Shown here: one piece after another, positions 1 through 11,167 of the stretch
How the letters are laid out: each line of letters starts with the position of its first letter
Position numbering within the stretch: position 1 is the stretch's first letter
NCBI GenBank assembly: GCA_951406725.2
Contig: OX597817.1
Span: forward strand, 81,592,001-81,656,000
Direction of reading: 5' to 3'
Source: Octopus vulgaris
Lineage: Eukaryota
DNA length: 64,000 nt
The notes under the pieces: model-generated
What the model was told of the DNA's origin: nothing
Database searches by the model: none
What the model saw: only the letters and a program-made list of their open reading frames with translations
Translations under genes and position numbers: made by a program

Positions 1-355
1 TAATTATTTTACGTTGACTACTTTTAGGTTTACATTATGAATTGTTCAGTCCATTTGGTAACGGGGTCTTACCCCTAAATATAGAAATATAAGATAAAAC
101 TACAATTTTTTTGTTTTTTCTTTTTCTAGTTTATTTTATATCTTCTTGCATTGTTCCGAGCTTACCCAACAAGTCTCTTTACCTATCTATCTGTCTGTCT
201 GTCTGTGTATCTGTGTGAGAGAAAGAGAGATACAGACAGATAGGTGTGTGTTGATGTCGAGTTAATAAAGCAGTTACATATTTAACTCGGACTGTGAAGG
301 CTGGGGTCGAAGGCTGTCACTGTCACCACTCTTTGTAAAAGTAATATACACATAT

Positions 356-410
<55 letters not shown>

Positions 411-411
<1 letters not shown>

Positions 412-565
412 CTGATGGAAATAGGTAAAATGGAACTCAAAATATGAGTATATGTATATGTTTTTTAATTAATATTTAGTAGGAGTAACAGAGTGACTCA
501 AGGTCCGAGAGTAAGTGCCAGCGCACGAAACTCTCGGGCCATGAGTTACTCTTTTACTTCTGCTA
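411..565. repeat. Fold-back insertion with 36-bp arms (477-512 / 530-565), same family as 35700-35862
   Basis: Arms TAGTAGGAGTAACAGAGTGACTCAAGGTCCGAGAGT and ACTCTCGGGCCATGAGTTACTCTTTTACTTCTGCTA; leader TGGAACTCAAAATAT shared with the 35.7 kb copy. Confidence 0.75.
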
Positions 566-629
566 TATATATATATAAATATATATTTGCACACATGTAT
601 TTATTATTTTCTGGTCATGTCTGAGAGCA

Positions 630-1250
630 AAATGATGAGAAACTTCCGTGACCTGGCGCTAAATAGAAGATACTTTCGACTTCTGACCATAGTTCCGCCC
701 AATGAGGATTGAACCGGAATTTAGCTCCATTGTCAGTCCTATTATTTAGAACTCATCCTATAACTGCTAAATTCCACCTTCGTTCTTGTTGGGTAGAATT
801 ATCGTCTGAAGTCTTGCAGCTATTGCCATCACGTTTTCCCCCAGGCATAATGTATCTGGGGCTACATTATTCAATGTGTCATATCTGTTTTCTAAGACAA
901 TAGAATGTAAGTCGGGTGATATTTGGCTGCAGACCTCGGTTTTGACAAGTTATTGGATTATGCGGGGAAAAGCTTAAAACGTAAATAATACTCGTATTAT
1001 TGTTGTCTAAGTGTCGCCAAGATCGACTTAGTCATTTTGTCTACACTAGGAAAATGATACAAGCATCAGTAATATACCCGTATCCATTCATTGAACCGTG
1101 AGTTGACCAAACAGAAAATCAATATTGCCTAATCCAATTATAGGAAATGCGAAATTTCGTCTTTATATATAGTTTATGACTAACCTATATCCGGTTAGAT
1201 GGTCTTTTTTTTTTAACATGTAAATATTGGAAATTGTGTGTGAGTTACGT
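630..1250. promoter_or_regulatory. Candidate CpG-retaining promoter and first non-coding exon region
   Basis: Largely non-repetitive stretch with visibly more CpG than the downstream introns; ETS-like ACTTCCG (~642), CCGCCC/CCAAT (~695-703), donor-like ACC|GTGAGT at 1098. Confidence 0.3.
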
Positions 1251-1904
1251 GTATATGTGAAATATGGACCCTCATGTGAAAACGTTCTAAGAACCTAACT
1301 TCCATAGTGCATCAATTTCCTAGGACCAACTTTGAAGCATGGCTGTTGCGTGCATGTCGTGGTGTACTCCACGTTAGTCCTAATTGAGCAGACGTATAAT
1401 CAAATCATTCCGGTTATAGCCATACTGTAGTTATTTCGACAGCGTATCCAGGAGTTACGTTATCCAGTATGAATTTTCTCCAACTTTTTTTATGAGACAT
1501 TAATAGGGTGTGATTTGAGTTTAATTTGGTTTTGATATTTCTTGCAAGTAGAGTGATTACTTAGAGCCCCTATCATTATCTCACGAACAATAGTTTTTTT
1601 GTTTAAATAAATGCCGACGTCCTATCTCTCCTCCAACTGTCATTACGTCCGCCAGACTATAATGAATTTTGAATCAGATCCTTTCCAAGAAGAACATAAT
1701 AAAGCCCCTCGCAACCCATAAATTTGACTATTAATTATTTGCTTTGGTTTTATCCCTCGCTATTCTTTGCAGTTGTTTTGTACCCACGGTTCTTTTTCTT
1801 TTTAACCAACCCATCCATCCGTCTGTGCTGTATTTACCTCTTTCCACTCTTTCTCGTCTCTCTGTCATCGACTTTAAACTTGTTTATTCTCTACCAGTTG
1901 CCCA

Positions 1905-1958
1905 TATGTATACATATATATATATATATATACATGCATATATATATATACATGCATA

Positions 1959-1990
<32 letters not shown>

Positions 1991-2086
1991 CATGCATATA
2001 TATATATATATATACATGCATATATATATATATATATACATGCATATATATATATATATATATATGCATATATATATATATATATA

Positions 2087-2128
<42 letters not shown>

Positions 2129-2363
2129 GCATATATATATATATCTATACACATGCATATATATATATATCTATATACATGCATATATATATATATATAT
2201 ATATATACACATGCATATATATATATATCTATATACATGCATATATATATATATATAATGATATATATATATATCATATATATATATATATCTATATACA
2301 TGCATATATATCTATATACATGCATATATATCTATATACATGCATATATATCTATATACATGC

Positions 2364-2400
<37 letters not shown>

Positions 2401-2903
2401 CATGCATATATATATATATATCTATATACATGCATATATATCTATATGCATGTATATCTATATACATGCATATATATATATATCTATATACATGCATATA
2501 TATCTATATACATGCATATATATCTATATACATGCATATATATCTATATACATGCATATATATCTATATATATACATGTATATATATATATATATGCATG
2601 TATATATATATATCTATATACATGCATATATATCTATATACATGCATGTATATATATATATATATCTATATATTATATACATGCATGTATATATATATAT
2701 ATCTATATACATGCATGTATATATATATATGCATATATATATATATATATATCATGCATGTATATCTATATATATATATCTATATACATGCATGTATATA
2801 TCTATATATATATATCTATATACATGCATATATATCTATATACATGCATATATATCTATATACATACACATATATATACATATATATACACATATATATA
2901 TAC

Positions 2904-2956
<53 letters not shown>
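1905..2956. repeat. Compound (TA)n / CATGCA micro-minisatellite
   Basis: Recurring TATCTATATACATGCATATA-type units. Confidence 0.95.
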
Positions 2957-2957
<1 letters not shown>

Positions 2958-3741
2958 TCTCTTCCTTCAGGGGAACCACTCACAGCCTCTAACAATATCA
3001 GAGACCTGGGTGTAATTGTTGATGACAATCTCAGTTGGAGTGCACACATCAACAATAAGGTCGATATAGCTCGTAGGATGAGTTCCTGGATCTTAAGAAC
3101 TTTCCGGTCCAGAGAACAAGGTGTCATCATACCACTTTTCTCCTCCTTCGTACGGCCACACCTCGAATACTGCTGCCCACTGTGGTCTCCCTATACAAGA
3201 CAAAACATCTCGAGGATTGAATCACCCCAGAGGGCACTCACTAAACGAATTGAAGGCATGGCTGCTCTCGATTATTGGGATCACCTTGAAACTCTACTCT
3301 CTCCAGCATCGCCGTGAGCGGTACATCATTTGTACGATGTGGAGAATATACCGTCATCTTTGCCCAAACGACCTGAACATTAGCTTCAAGGTTCATCCAA
3401 GACTAGGACCACGGGCCATACGTCCCCTGCCCAATTCAAGATCACAGCATACATGTACACTGCAACATAATTTCTTTTCCTCAACAAGCCCTGCCCTATT
3501 TAACATTGTCCCAAAAGAGATCAAAGAGGAAAAGGATCCCATCAACTTTAAACGGAGTCTGGATAGATTCCTTCAAGGAATACCAGATAAGCCACCCATA
3601 ATTGGATACAACTCACCCAACAAAAACTCATTACTTGAATGGACCATAAACAAAACTTAAACAGGATTTAGATAATCCTATCAGGTGGTGCTATTAAGTT
3701 AGACATGGCCTGGACCAATCTTTGGTTGAAACATATCTAAG
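2957..3741 (+). mobile_element. 5'-truncated CR1/L2-clade LINE (RT C-terminus and 3' UTR), frameshifted
   Basis: [17 protein letters not shown]...[15 protein letters not shown]...[13 protein letters not shown], then [11 protein letters not shown] in another frame; ORF ends at 3660. Confidence 0.88.
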
Positions 3742-4734
3742 TTTTATATATATGTATATATACATATATATCTGTGTTTCAATGTCTTTCCATTACTCAT
3801 ACCCTCTACCCGTCTTCTTTGCCCTCATTCCACCCCACCTGTATGTAGGTGCATTATAACCCTTCATTTACGTTTTTTTTCAAGACGGATTTTCTGTATG
3901 ATAGACAACTATGTAGCTTTCCTTAACTGTTGCACAAAGATCAATTGTTTTCCCGCCCATCCTTCAAGAAGGGTGATAGAATATTTAATTCACTCTTTCT
4001 TCATAGTAGTTAACCCATCGCTGAGACCCTGATAGGTGATACTAATCTGGGTCAGAGTGGACCTGGGAACAGCAGTGGCTAAGAGGTGCTTTCACACTCC
4101 TCAAAACCCAGGATTCCCAAATTAGGGCCCTACTGCTAGATGCAGTTTAAAGTCATACCTAGGACCAAATGAATCTGGTATTGTACTACTAAATCTACAG
4201 TTCTGAGTTCAAATCAACTTCAAGTATTTTGTCTATTTTGATAGCACACTTCTTTCTGTACACCTCAGTTCACATGTCTGTCATGGGTAAATAAGAATTT
4301 GCGATAATTCTTGTAATGAATTGCAGATTTAGTCTGTTATTTGGAAAGTTCTTTATGTGAATTTTGATATATCTTGGGAGGGTCATTATGCCAATAAGAT
4401 GTATGCACAGGTTTTATTTCATTTCATAAATATATCCCTATAAATATAAATGGAGAATCTGAAAAATAGGAGACAAATAGACCTGGTCATGTCATTGATG
4501 AGGTTGTGAATATCGATAAAAACACTGTGATGAACCATGCTGATTGATTAATTGATTGACCAAATGATTAATTGGTTAATTGATGAAATGATTTACTAGT
4601 TGACTAACAATAAAAAAAGAACTGAAAAAGAACCTCTGTGTGTGTGGCGTATTTCTTATTGGCATAATGACTTTCCCTAAATACAAAATAAATTTATTCC
4701 TCATCTGCGTAATATCAATAGAATAGGATAAAGA

Positions 4735-4970
4735 TACTTCCTAAGTCATGTAGACTCATAGGGCTGGTTTCTGTGGCGTATATGTTCCCTATCTGGACAG
4801 GACGCTGGTCTATCACAGGATTACTCATTTTTGCCAGCTGAGTGGACTGGAGCAACATGAAATGAAGTATTTTCCTCAAGAACACAATATGTTGCCCGGT
4901 CCAGGAATCAAAACCACAATCTTAGGATCTTGAGTCCAACACCCTAACCACTAAGCCACATACCCCCACA
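4735..4970 (-). mobile_element. tRNA-derived SINE
   Basis: Minus-strand head TGGCTTAGTGGTTAGGGTGTTGGACTC...GGTTTTGATTCCTGG (A/B-box-like); related copies at ~40790-40910, 61150-61400 and 63888-63980. Confidence 0.65.
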
Positions 4971-6869
4971 CGTAATATCAATAGAATTTATTTTAACATT
5001 GGCTCTTAAAATCCTCCAAGGATTAGGCTACATTCACATATTTTTACATAATACCTAAACCCGCTAAAGAACAGGCCAGACTTTAATCCTTTTATATTTC
5101 TGGTGAAATAAACTGCCTTTGTTTCAAATTAATTTTGAGAAGAATTTTAGTAAAATAACTTAGTCGTTATTAAACTACTGTATGGAACATAAATTAACGC
5201 AAAAATGTTATGGGAGGTTTTAATTTAGATAATTTTTAGCAGGAAGTTTGTATCGTAGGACCAATGGTGATCTCAGGTGGGTTGGTATCAGAAGGGTTAA
5301 ACAGCTACTGCTATGATGAGTTAGCTAGTAATTTAAATTATTTTTCTATGAATAGGACTGCTGCATAAAATGTAGACAGTGTTATCAACCTGAGTCATCT
5401 AGTAGCATTAACGGAAACTGCTTTCTGAACTTTTGACTTGTTTCAGCTTTGAATTTGTTGTGCAAGGTGTCACAGCTACAACTTTCATTATCATAAGAGG
5501 GCTTCTATGTATGGTATATTAACTATATTGGAACTCTGTATTTTTTTATACTGGGATATGGTCACTTTTAAATTTAACAGATTTGCAGACCCTTCTCTTT
5601 AACCAACACTTGCCAGTTTGACAAAGCTGTATACATAATTGCTCTACCTGCTAGAAACAACAAGCAAATCTCTCTCAAATAACATCTCATTTGAAAAAAA
5701 AAATAAAAGGGCATGTCAGGGATTGGATATGCTGTGTCTGAAATAAGATGCCATTATTAGAATACCTAGTCAAGATTTATGTTGTGAATAACACTTAAAT
5801 TTGATAAAATTTAACAATTACACCTGTCTTAGTATGAAGGTGAAATTATGTTTTTTCCTATTGTGTATTTATGTGTTTTGAATGAACCTAACCATGAAAA
5901 CTGTTGGAAATGCTTCAGTCTTTATGTAAACCTTTCCTTGCTGGTGACATACATATGCAGAACATAAGTTTTTTTTTGAAGGATGTAAGGGAGTGGGTTT
6001 AAGAGGCCAGAATTTTTAGTCAAAATATCTATACCAATACATGGCAAAGTATTTGTCTTCGATTGCAGACAAAAAAAATGTACTTCGCCACTTCTTCATT
6101 TGGGCAGCCAAGCTATATACATACCCACTGCACTGATTACCACCAGCCCATTGCCCATTGGGATTTAGTAGGAAGACAAGGGAGAGAGTTTTAGCCAGCC
6201 CCTGTGATTCACTGTTAGTGGTGGGGTACCTGAAGAATGAGTGATTTGTGATTTCCAGTGGTTCTCAACCAGGGTCCTTATGACCATTGGGAATCCATAT
6301 GTGCAACTAATTGCTTATACTAATACAATACACAAAATATTTCAATGATTTTTTTTTTTATGATTCCTAATAGTATTCAATTATATAAATATAATAGGAT
6401 TTTTTAATCATCAGATGACTGTGGGGCAATAATAAAGGAAAACAGGAATCAAAGGAGTCTAAGGCAAAAATCGGTTAAGAAATTTGTTCAAAATATCAAA
6501 AATTGGAGAAACAGGAATTTCATCTACAAAGTAAGGATATAATATTTCAGAAATGGAAAAAAACTGTGGTTTCTTTTCCTTAAAATAATTATTTTCATTT
6601 TTATTATTATATTGGGCTGGGGGTAGGTGATATCTTTTATCTTTTACTCGTTTCAGTCATCAGACTGTGGCCATTCTGGGGCAACACCATGAAGAATTAT
6701 TCTTAGTCGAATGTCTCAACCCCAGTACTTTTTTTTAAAGCTTGGTGCTTAATCTACTGACCTTTCTTGCCAAACTACTACGGTAAAGGGACGTAAACAC
6801 ACCAACACCGGTTGTCAAGCAGTGATGAGGGAAAACCGACAAAGAGACACACACACACACACATATATA

Positions 6870-7055
6870 CTGGCAGTATAGCCTGGCTTTGCTCGGGATT
6901 AAGTTAGGATTATTAAGCTAATCAAGCTCTTTATTTCAAACCAAACTAAGTAACATCGTCAAATTTGAGCAAAATCTGTTGAAATTGGTAAACTTTTGGC
7001 TGAAAATGAGTTGCAGACAATTTGATTGGGAAATCCCATAAGGAATTGGTTTATC

Positions 7056-7088
<33 letters not shown>

Positions 7089-7651
7089 CCACTTATCAAT
7101 TGTTTTTTTCTTTTCGTTTTTGGACAACTTAAAGCTTTCAAAGATACCATGAATCCTAAGTAATGCTGGCATCAAGTTTGAACAAAACGCATCAAAATTG
7201 GTAAAAGTTATGGTTGAAAATGGGGTATATCCAATTTTAGTGGGAAGTCCTATAAGGAATCGGCTTATTAGTTTTTTTATCCTGATTAAATGGAAAATCC
7301 CATATGGAATCACTTGATTTTTCACTCCAAATAGGACTTAACCGAACACAACATTGCTGATTCAAAAACATCTATATTTATAATTTAAAGTTGGTTTTCA
7401 TACCTACCCCAGTTCTGCAGAATCAGTGTCATGACGGAGCGCATGGGTTGGGAGTTTGATAGGCAAAGGTGATCAGGTTGCATATGCCAACTCTTTTGAA
7501 AACACCTCCCCCCATCATGTAACCCCATTGCCCATGGGTTGGGAACCCTTCCAGCAAGGAAAATAGAACGCCCAAGAAGGCCTCTGATCCTGTGTGTGAA
7601 GTGGTTATGTTCAGATTACAACTAAGTATACACACACACACACACACGGAC

Positions 7652-7690
<39 letters not shown>

Positions 7691-8708
7691 GGACAACACA
7701 CACACACACATATATGGACAACACACACACATATATGGACAACACACACACACACAAACATATACGTACATGCACCTATTGCATACATATTTTTTTACTC
7801 CCCTGCCCCTGTCCCCCCCTACCTGAGTAATACCATCAATTGAAGCAAATTTGGCACCCAGACATAAGTTTTGTAAGAGGAATAGAGAGGCCTACCTTCC
7901 CCCGCAGAGATGTGAGAGTCAGATCTCTCCTTTTGAAAACACGAACAGTTTTCAAACATTGTTTACAAAATGCAAATTTGGCACCCGGATGTAAGTTTTG
8001 TAAGAGGAATAGAGAGGCCTACCTTCTCCCATAGAGATGTGAGAGTCAGACCTCTCCTTTTGAAAACATGAACAGTTTTGAAACATTGTTTACAGAATAA
8101 TAGCTGATTGTTTGCGAAGGAGCATGTTTACAGTCAACACTTAGGGTTTTTGCTCTGGTAACTTCTGCTCTCTCTCATGTTCACGCATGACCAGCTATCT
8201 GTCGCTATGAGTAGAGCAACGGATTCAACTAATTTCGAAATTAGTTGTGGAGAAACGGAGAATATCGTTTATATTGTGTGTGTATGTGTGTATATATATA
8301 TACCGGCAACACACACATTGCATATGTGTTTTGTACGCATACATGTTCGTGTGTGTGTGTGTGACTGAAGCCATTCACACATACATGGATTCATAACAAC
8401 TCGTCTGTCTGTTTTTGCCTGTCAATTACTCACTAAAAAGACGAAATTTTAAAAATCTGTTATCTCTCTCTCTCTCTCTCTTTACACTGTCGCTAGAAGG
8501 GGACTTAACTCATATTTGCAAATGATAGTGTATTTCTCCGACTTGAAAATTGTTAGAAGTTATGGTTCAAAATTATTTTACCGCTATTCACTAGTGCCTC
8601 GGGGGAAAACAATTTGACGAAAATATAGCTAAGGTCATGACGAATGTCCTCCTAAAATTTGAGCGAAATGCGTACTAATTTGTGGATGTGCATAAACTAC
8701 ATTCACGT

Positions 8709-8750
<42 letters not shown>

Positions 8751-8765
8751 CCTGCCTTTATATCA
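6870..8765 (-). mobile_element. Non-autonomous Helitron-like composite element with an internal ~127-bp tandem duplication (7845-8098) and a helicase remnant
   Basis: Minus-strand 3' end CCCGAGCAAAGCCAGGCTATACTGCCAG|T matches the end of the 13148-13535 Helitron; ATATAAAGGCAGG-like 5' end near 8760. Confidence 0.55.
8110..8275 (+). pseudogene. Remnant of the Helitron/PIF1 helicase C-terminus
   Basis: MFTHDQLSVAMSRA...TENIVY resembles the PIF1 motif VI consensus FSHGQLYVALSR...T.NIVY. Confidence 0.65.
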
Positions 8766-8768
8766 CAT

Positions 8769-8821
<53 letters not shown>

Positions 8822-9141
8822 TACATGTATATTATCTGAAAAGTATAGTATTATATATCCATCACGGCTGATCTAACCAATCAATAACACACAAGGAATA
8901 CAATGGAGTGTTAAATACCAATCTGATTATATAACTTTGTACTCATCAAAGTTAGCTAATAGGGAAGGGAATTCGGAGACTGCTCTCTATTGTTAGAGGT
9001 GGATTAGCATAACAGGTTAGCGTGTGGTGAAATGAAAAAGGGCCATATGATTAGGTTAGGAGTTGTGTCTCTTGGTTGGGTCTATGTATATATATCTGTG
9101 TGCGCGCGCACATACATACATACATATGTTTATATATATAT

Positions 9142-9223
<82 letters not shown>

Positions 9224-9403
9224 TGGTGACACAGTATGGACAGATTTTCGAAGTCCAATGATACCCTACACGCCTATTTGGTTATGAAGATTTACAAACA
9301 TACTTTCTCAGTGAGTCTCGATAAACCTATCATTATGGGTAATACCAAATGTACCTTTCGGATTTTTCATAATGTGATGTAAATCTTTGGTATAGCAATT
9401 GCA

Positions 9404-9496
9404 TGCAGCTGAAGAGAGCTTTAAACCATCCTTTATATCAATTATACAATGATGTAAGAATAGGTTGTTTATAAAGCTTGAAACACGTGTACCGCA
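9404..9496 (+). ncRNA. Type I hammerhead ribozyme motif (Penelope-type) with extended stem II
   Basis: CTGAAGA 9409-9415; stem II GAGCTTTA (9416-9423) pairs with TAAAGCTT (9472-9479); GAAA 9480-9483; palindromic ACACGTGT stem/loop III; GTA triplet ending at 9491; stem I TGCAG/CCGCA (4 of 5 pairs). Confidence 0.7.
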
Positions 9497-9959
9497 ACAT
9501 CCTTTGTGTTCTGTTTTTGATTTCATTTGATGCATATATATATATATATATATATGTAGGTCCCGGTTTGATTCGGGGTTAACCACAGTAAATAAGGTAC
9601 TCAATACATAGCAGAGTCTCTTGAATGAAACAGTTCTAGTCCTGTAGAAGCTCCTTCTATATAATAAATATATATATATATATATATTCTTTCGATCCTG
9701 TGAAATCTTGTATCCCTGCCGTAAGGCTTTACTTCCACACACACCAGCTTAATTTAATTCATCCTTAGTCAAAAGACACCTGTTGTTATGTTCTGTTATT
9801 TGTATTTGTGTAATTTTCTCCATTCTTTCCATCTTTGTTTTGATGTACATTTCTTCCAAGGAATCTAACGCTTTTAGCTTAGTTTTTCCTTGGGCTGACC
9901 TGATTGGAGCAATCTCGAGTATAACCAGCCGAAATTGCAAAGATAATCTGGAACTCGAC

Positions 9960-11120
9960 ATGGTGAATGCAATTTCTGCAGTATGTGCAGCATTGGGTCA
10001 AACAATCTAAAAAAAACAAACTATTATAATATGCCAGCCCACTCCCTCCAAGATGTATGTGGAAACTTATAACTGTAAATGGTCAAAAGTTGGAGACTGT
10101 ACCTAGATTTATTTTAGGAAGTACCTTGAGCACTGTTGGTCTTGATGATGAAACTTCATACAGAATCAGCTGGGCTAGTAGTTCTTTTGGCAGGTTTGAT
10201 AGGCATCTGTGGAAACAACATAATATATCTTCACAACTTAAAGTAAAGGTATATAACACATGCGTCCTCCCATCTTTGCTATATGGAAGTGAGGCATGGG
10301 TTGTTTACCACAGGCAGGTAAGGTAATTGGAACGATTTCATCAATACTGAGAAACTTTTGGGGAATAAACTGGAAAATGGCCATCAGTAATGTAGAGGTG
10401 CTTGAGAGGAGTGGCAGTAGAAGTATAGAGTCAATGATTTTGCAGACGTTTGAGGTGTGTGTGTGGGGGGAAACATTTGGTAAGGAGAGTGATGAGTGAC
10501 TGCCCAAACAGCTATTGTATGGTGAGCTGGAAGATGGCAGGTGACCAGCACATAAGCCTAAACTAAGGTTTAAGGATTGCCTTAAAAATGCTCTAATACA
10601 GACAGGAATTACTGCTGGTAATTAGGAAAGGGAAGCACAAGACTGTGATGGATGGAGGAAGATAATGCATGATGGTTGTTCAAGAGAGGGAGAGAATGAA
10701 GTATGAGAGAGTTATGAGGGGGCTTAGAAGTGGGAGCCTGTGGAAAGTGAGTGTTGCTTTTATGTGTGTGGTTTGTGGGCGGAGGTGTTTGAGTCATGCA
10801 GGCCTGGTGTGCCATCAAAATTCTCATAAAAGTTGACCCATGATAAACAATGATTTGGTTATTAAAATTCATAACAAAATGTGTGTAAAATGTGGAAGGG
10901 TCTGCCTCTCAGTTGGAGGTCTAAAAAGGCATGTTAAGAGATTGCATATGGTGGCACCTGTTTCTCCTACCAGCCAACACAGTTTTCTAGTATGTGAAAA
11001 AATGTGTAAAAGCTTGGTTGGGCTTAGAAGTCATATAAGGGCATCACATGGCAATAATCATGAATCATTTCAGTAAGTCTACTTGGCAGTGGCTTTTCTT
11101 GTGTAACGAGGATGCAGCTG
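9960..11120 (+). mobile_element. Degraded RTE-clade LINE 3' portion with C-terminal C2H2 zinc fingers
   Basis: RISWASSSFGR...KVKVYNTCVLPSLLYGSEAW; LPKQLLYGEL...PKLRFKDCLK; CVKCGRVCLSVGGLKRHVKRLH; CEKMCKSLVGLRSHIRASH; stops and frameshifts. Confidence 0.85.
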
Positions 11121-11167
11121 TGATATCCGATATCTATCTATCTATCTATATATGTGTGTGTATATAT

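Noticed and set aside
1724-3015. 422/423-aa ORFs, and a 325-aa ORF fusing the repeat to an RT fragment
   Set aside because: Microsatellite read-through into a truncated CR1 LINE, not a gene.
9611-9660. GAAACAGTTCTAGTC hammerhead-like 3' half
   Set aside because: No upstream CUGANGA or stem II; at most a truncated remnant.
10879-11076. Stand-alone C2H2 zinc-finger gene
   Set aside because: Contiguous with decayed RTE ORF sequence, with no splice or promoter context.
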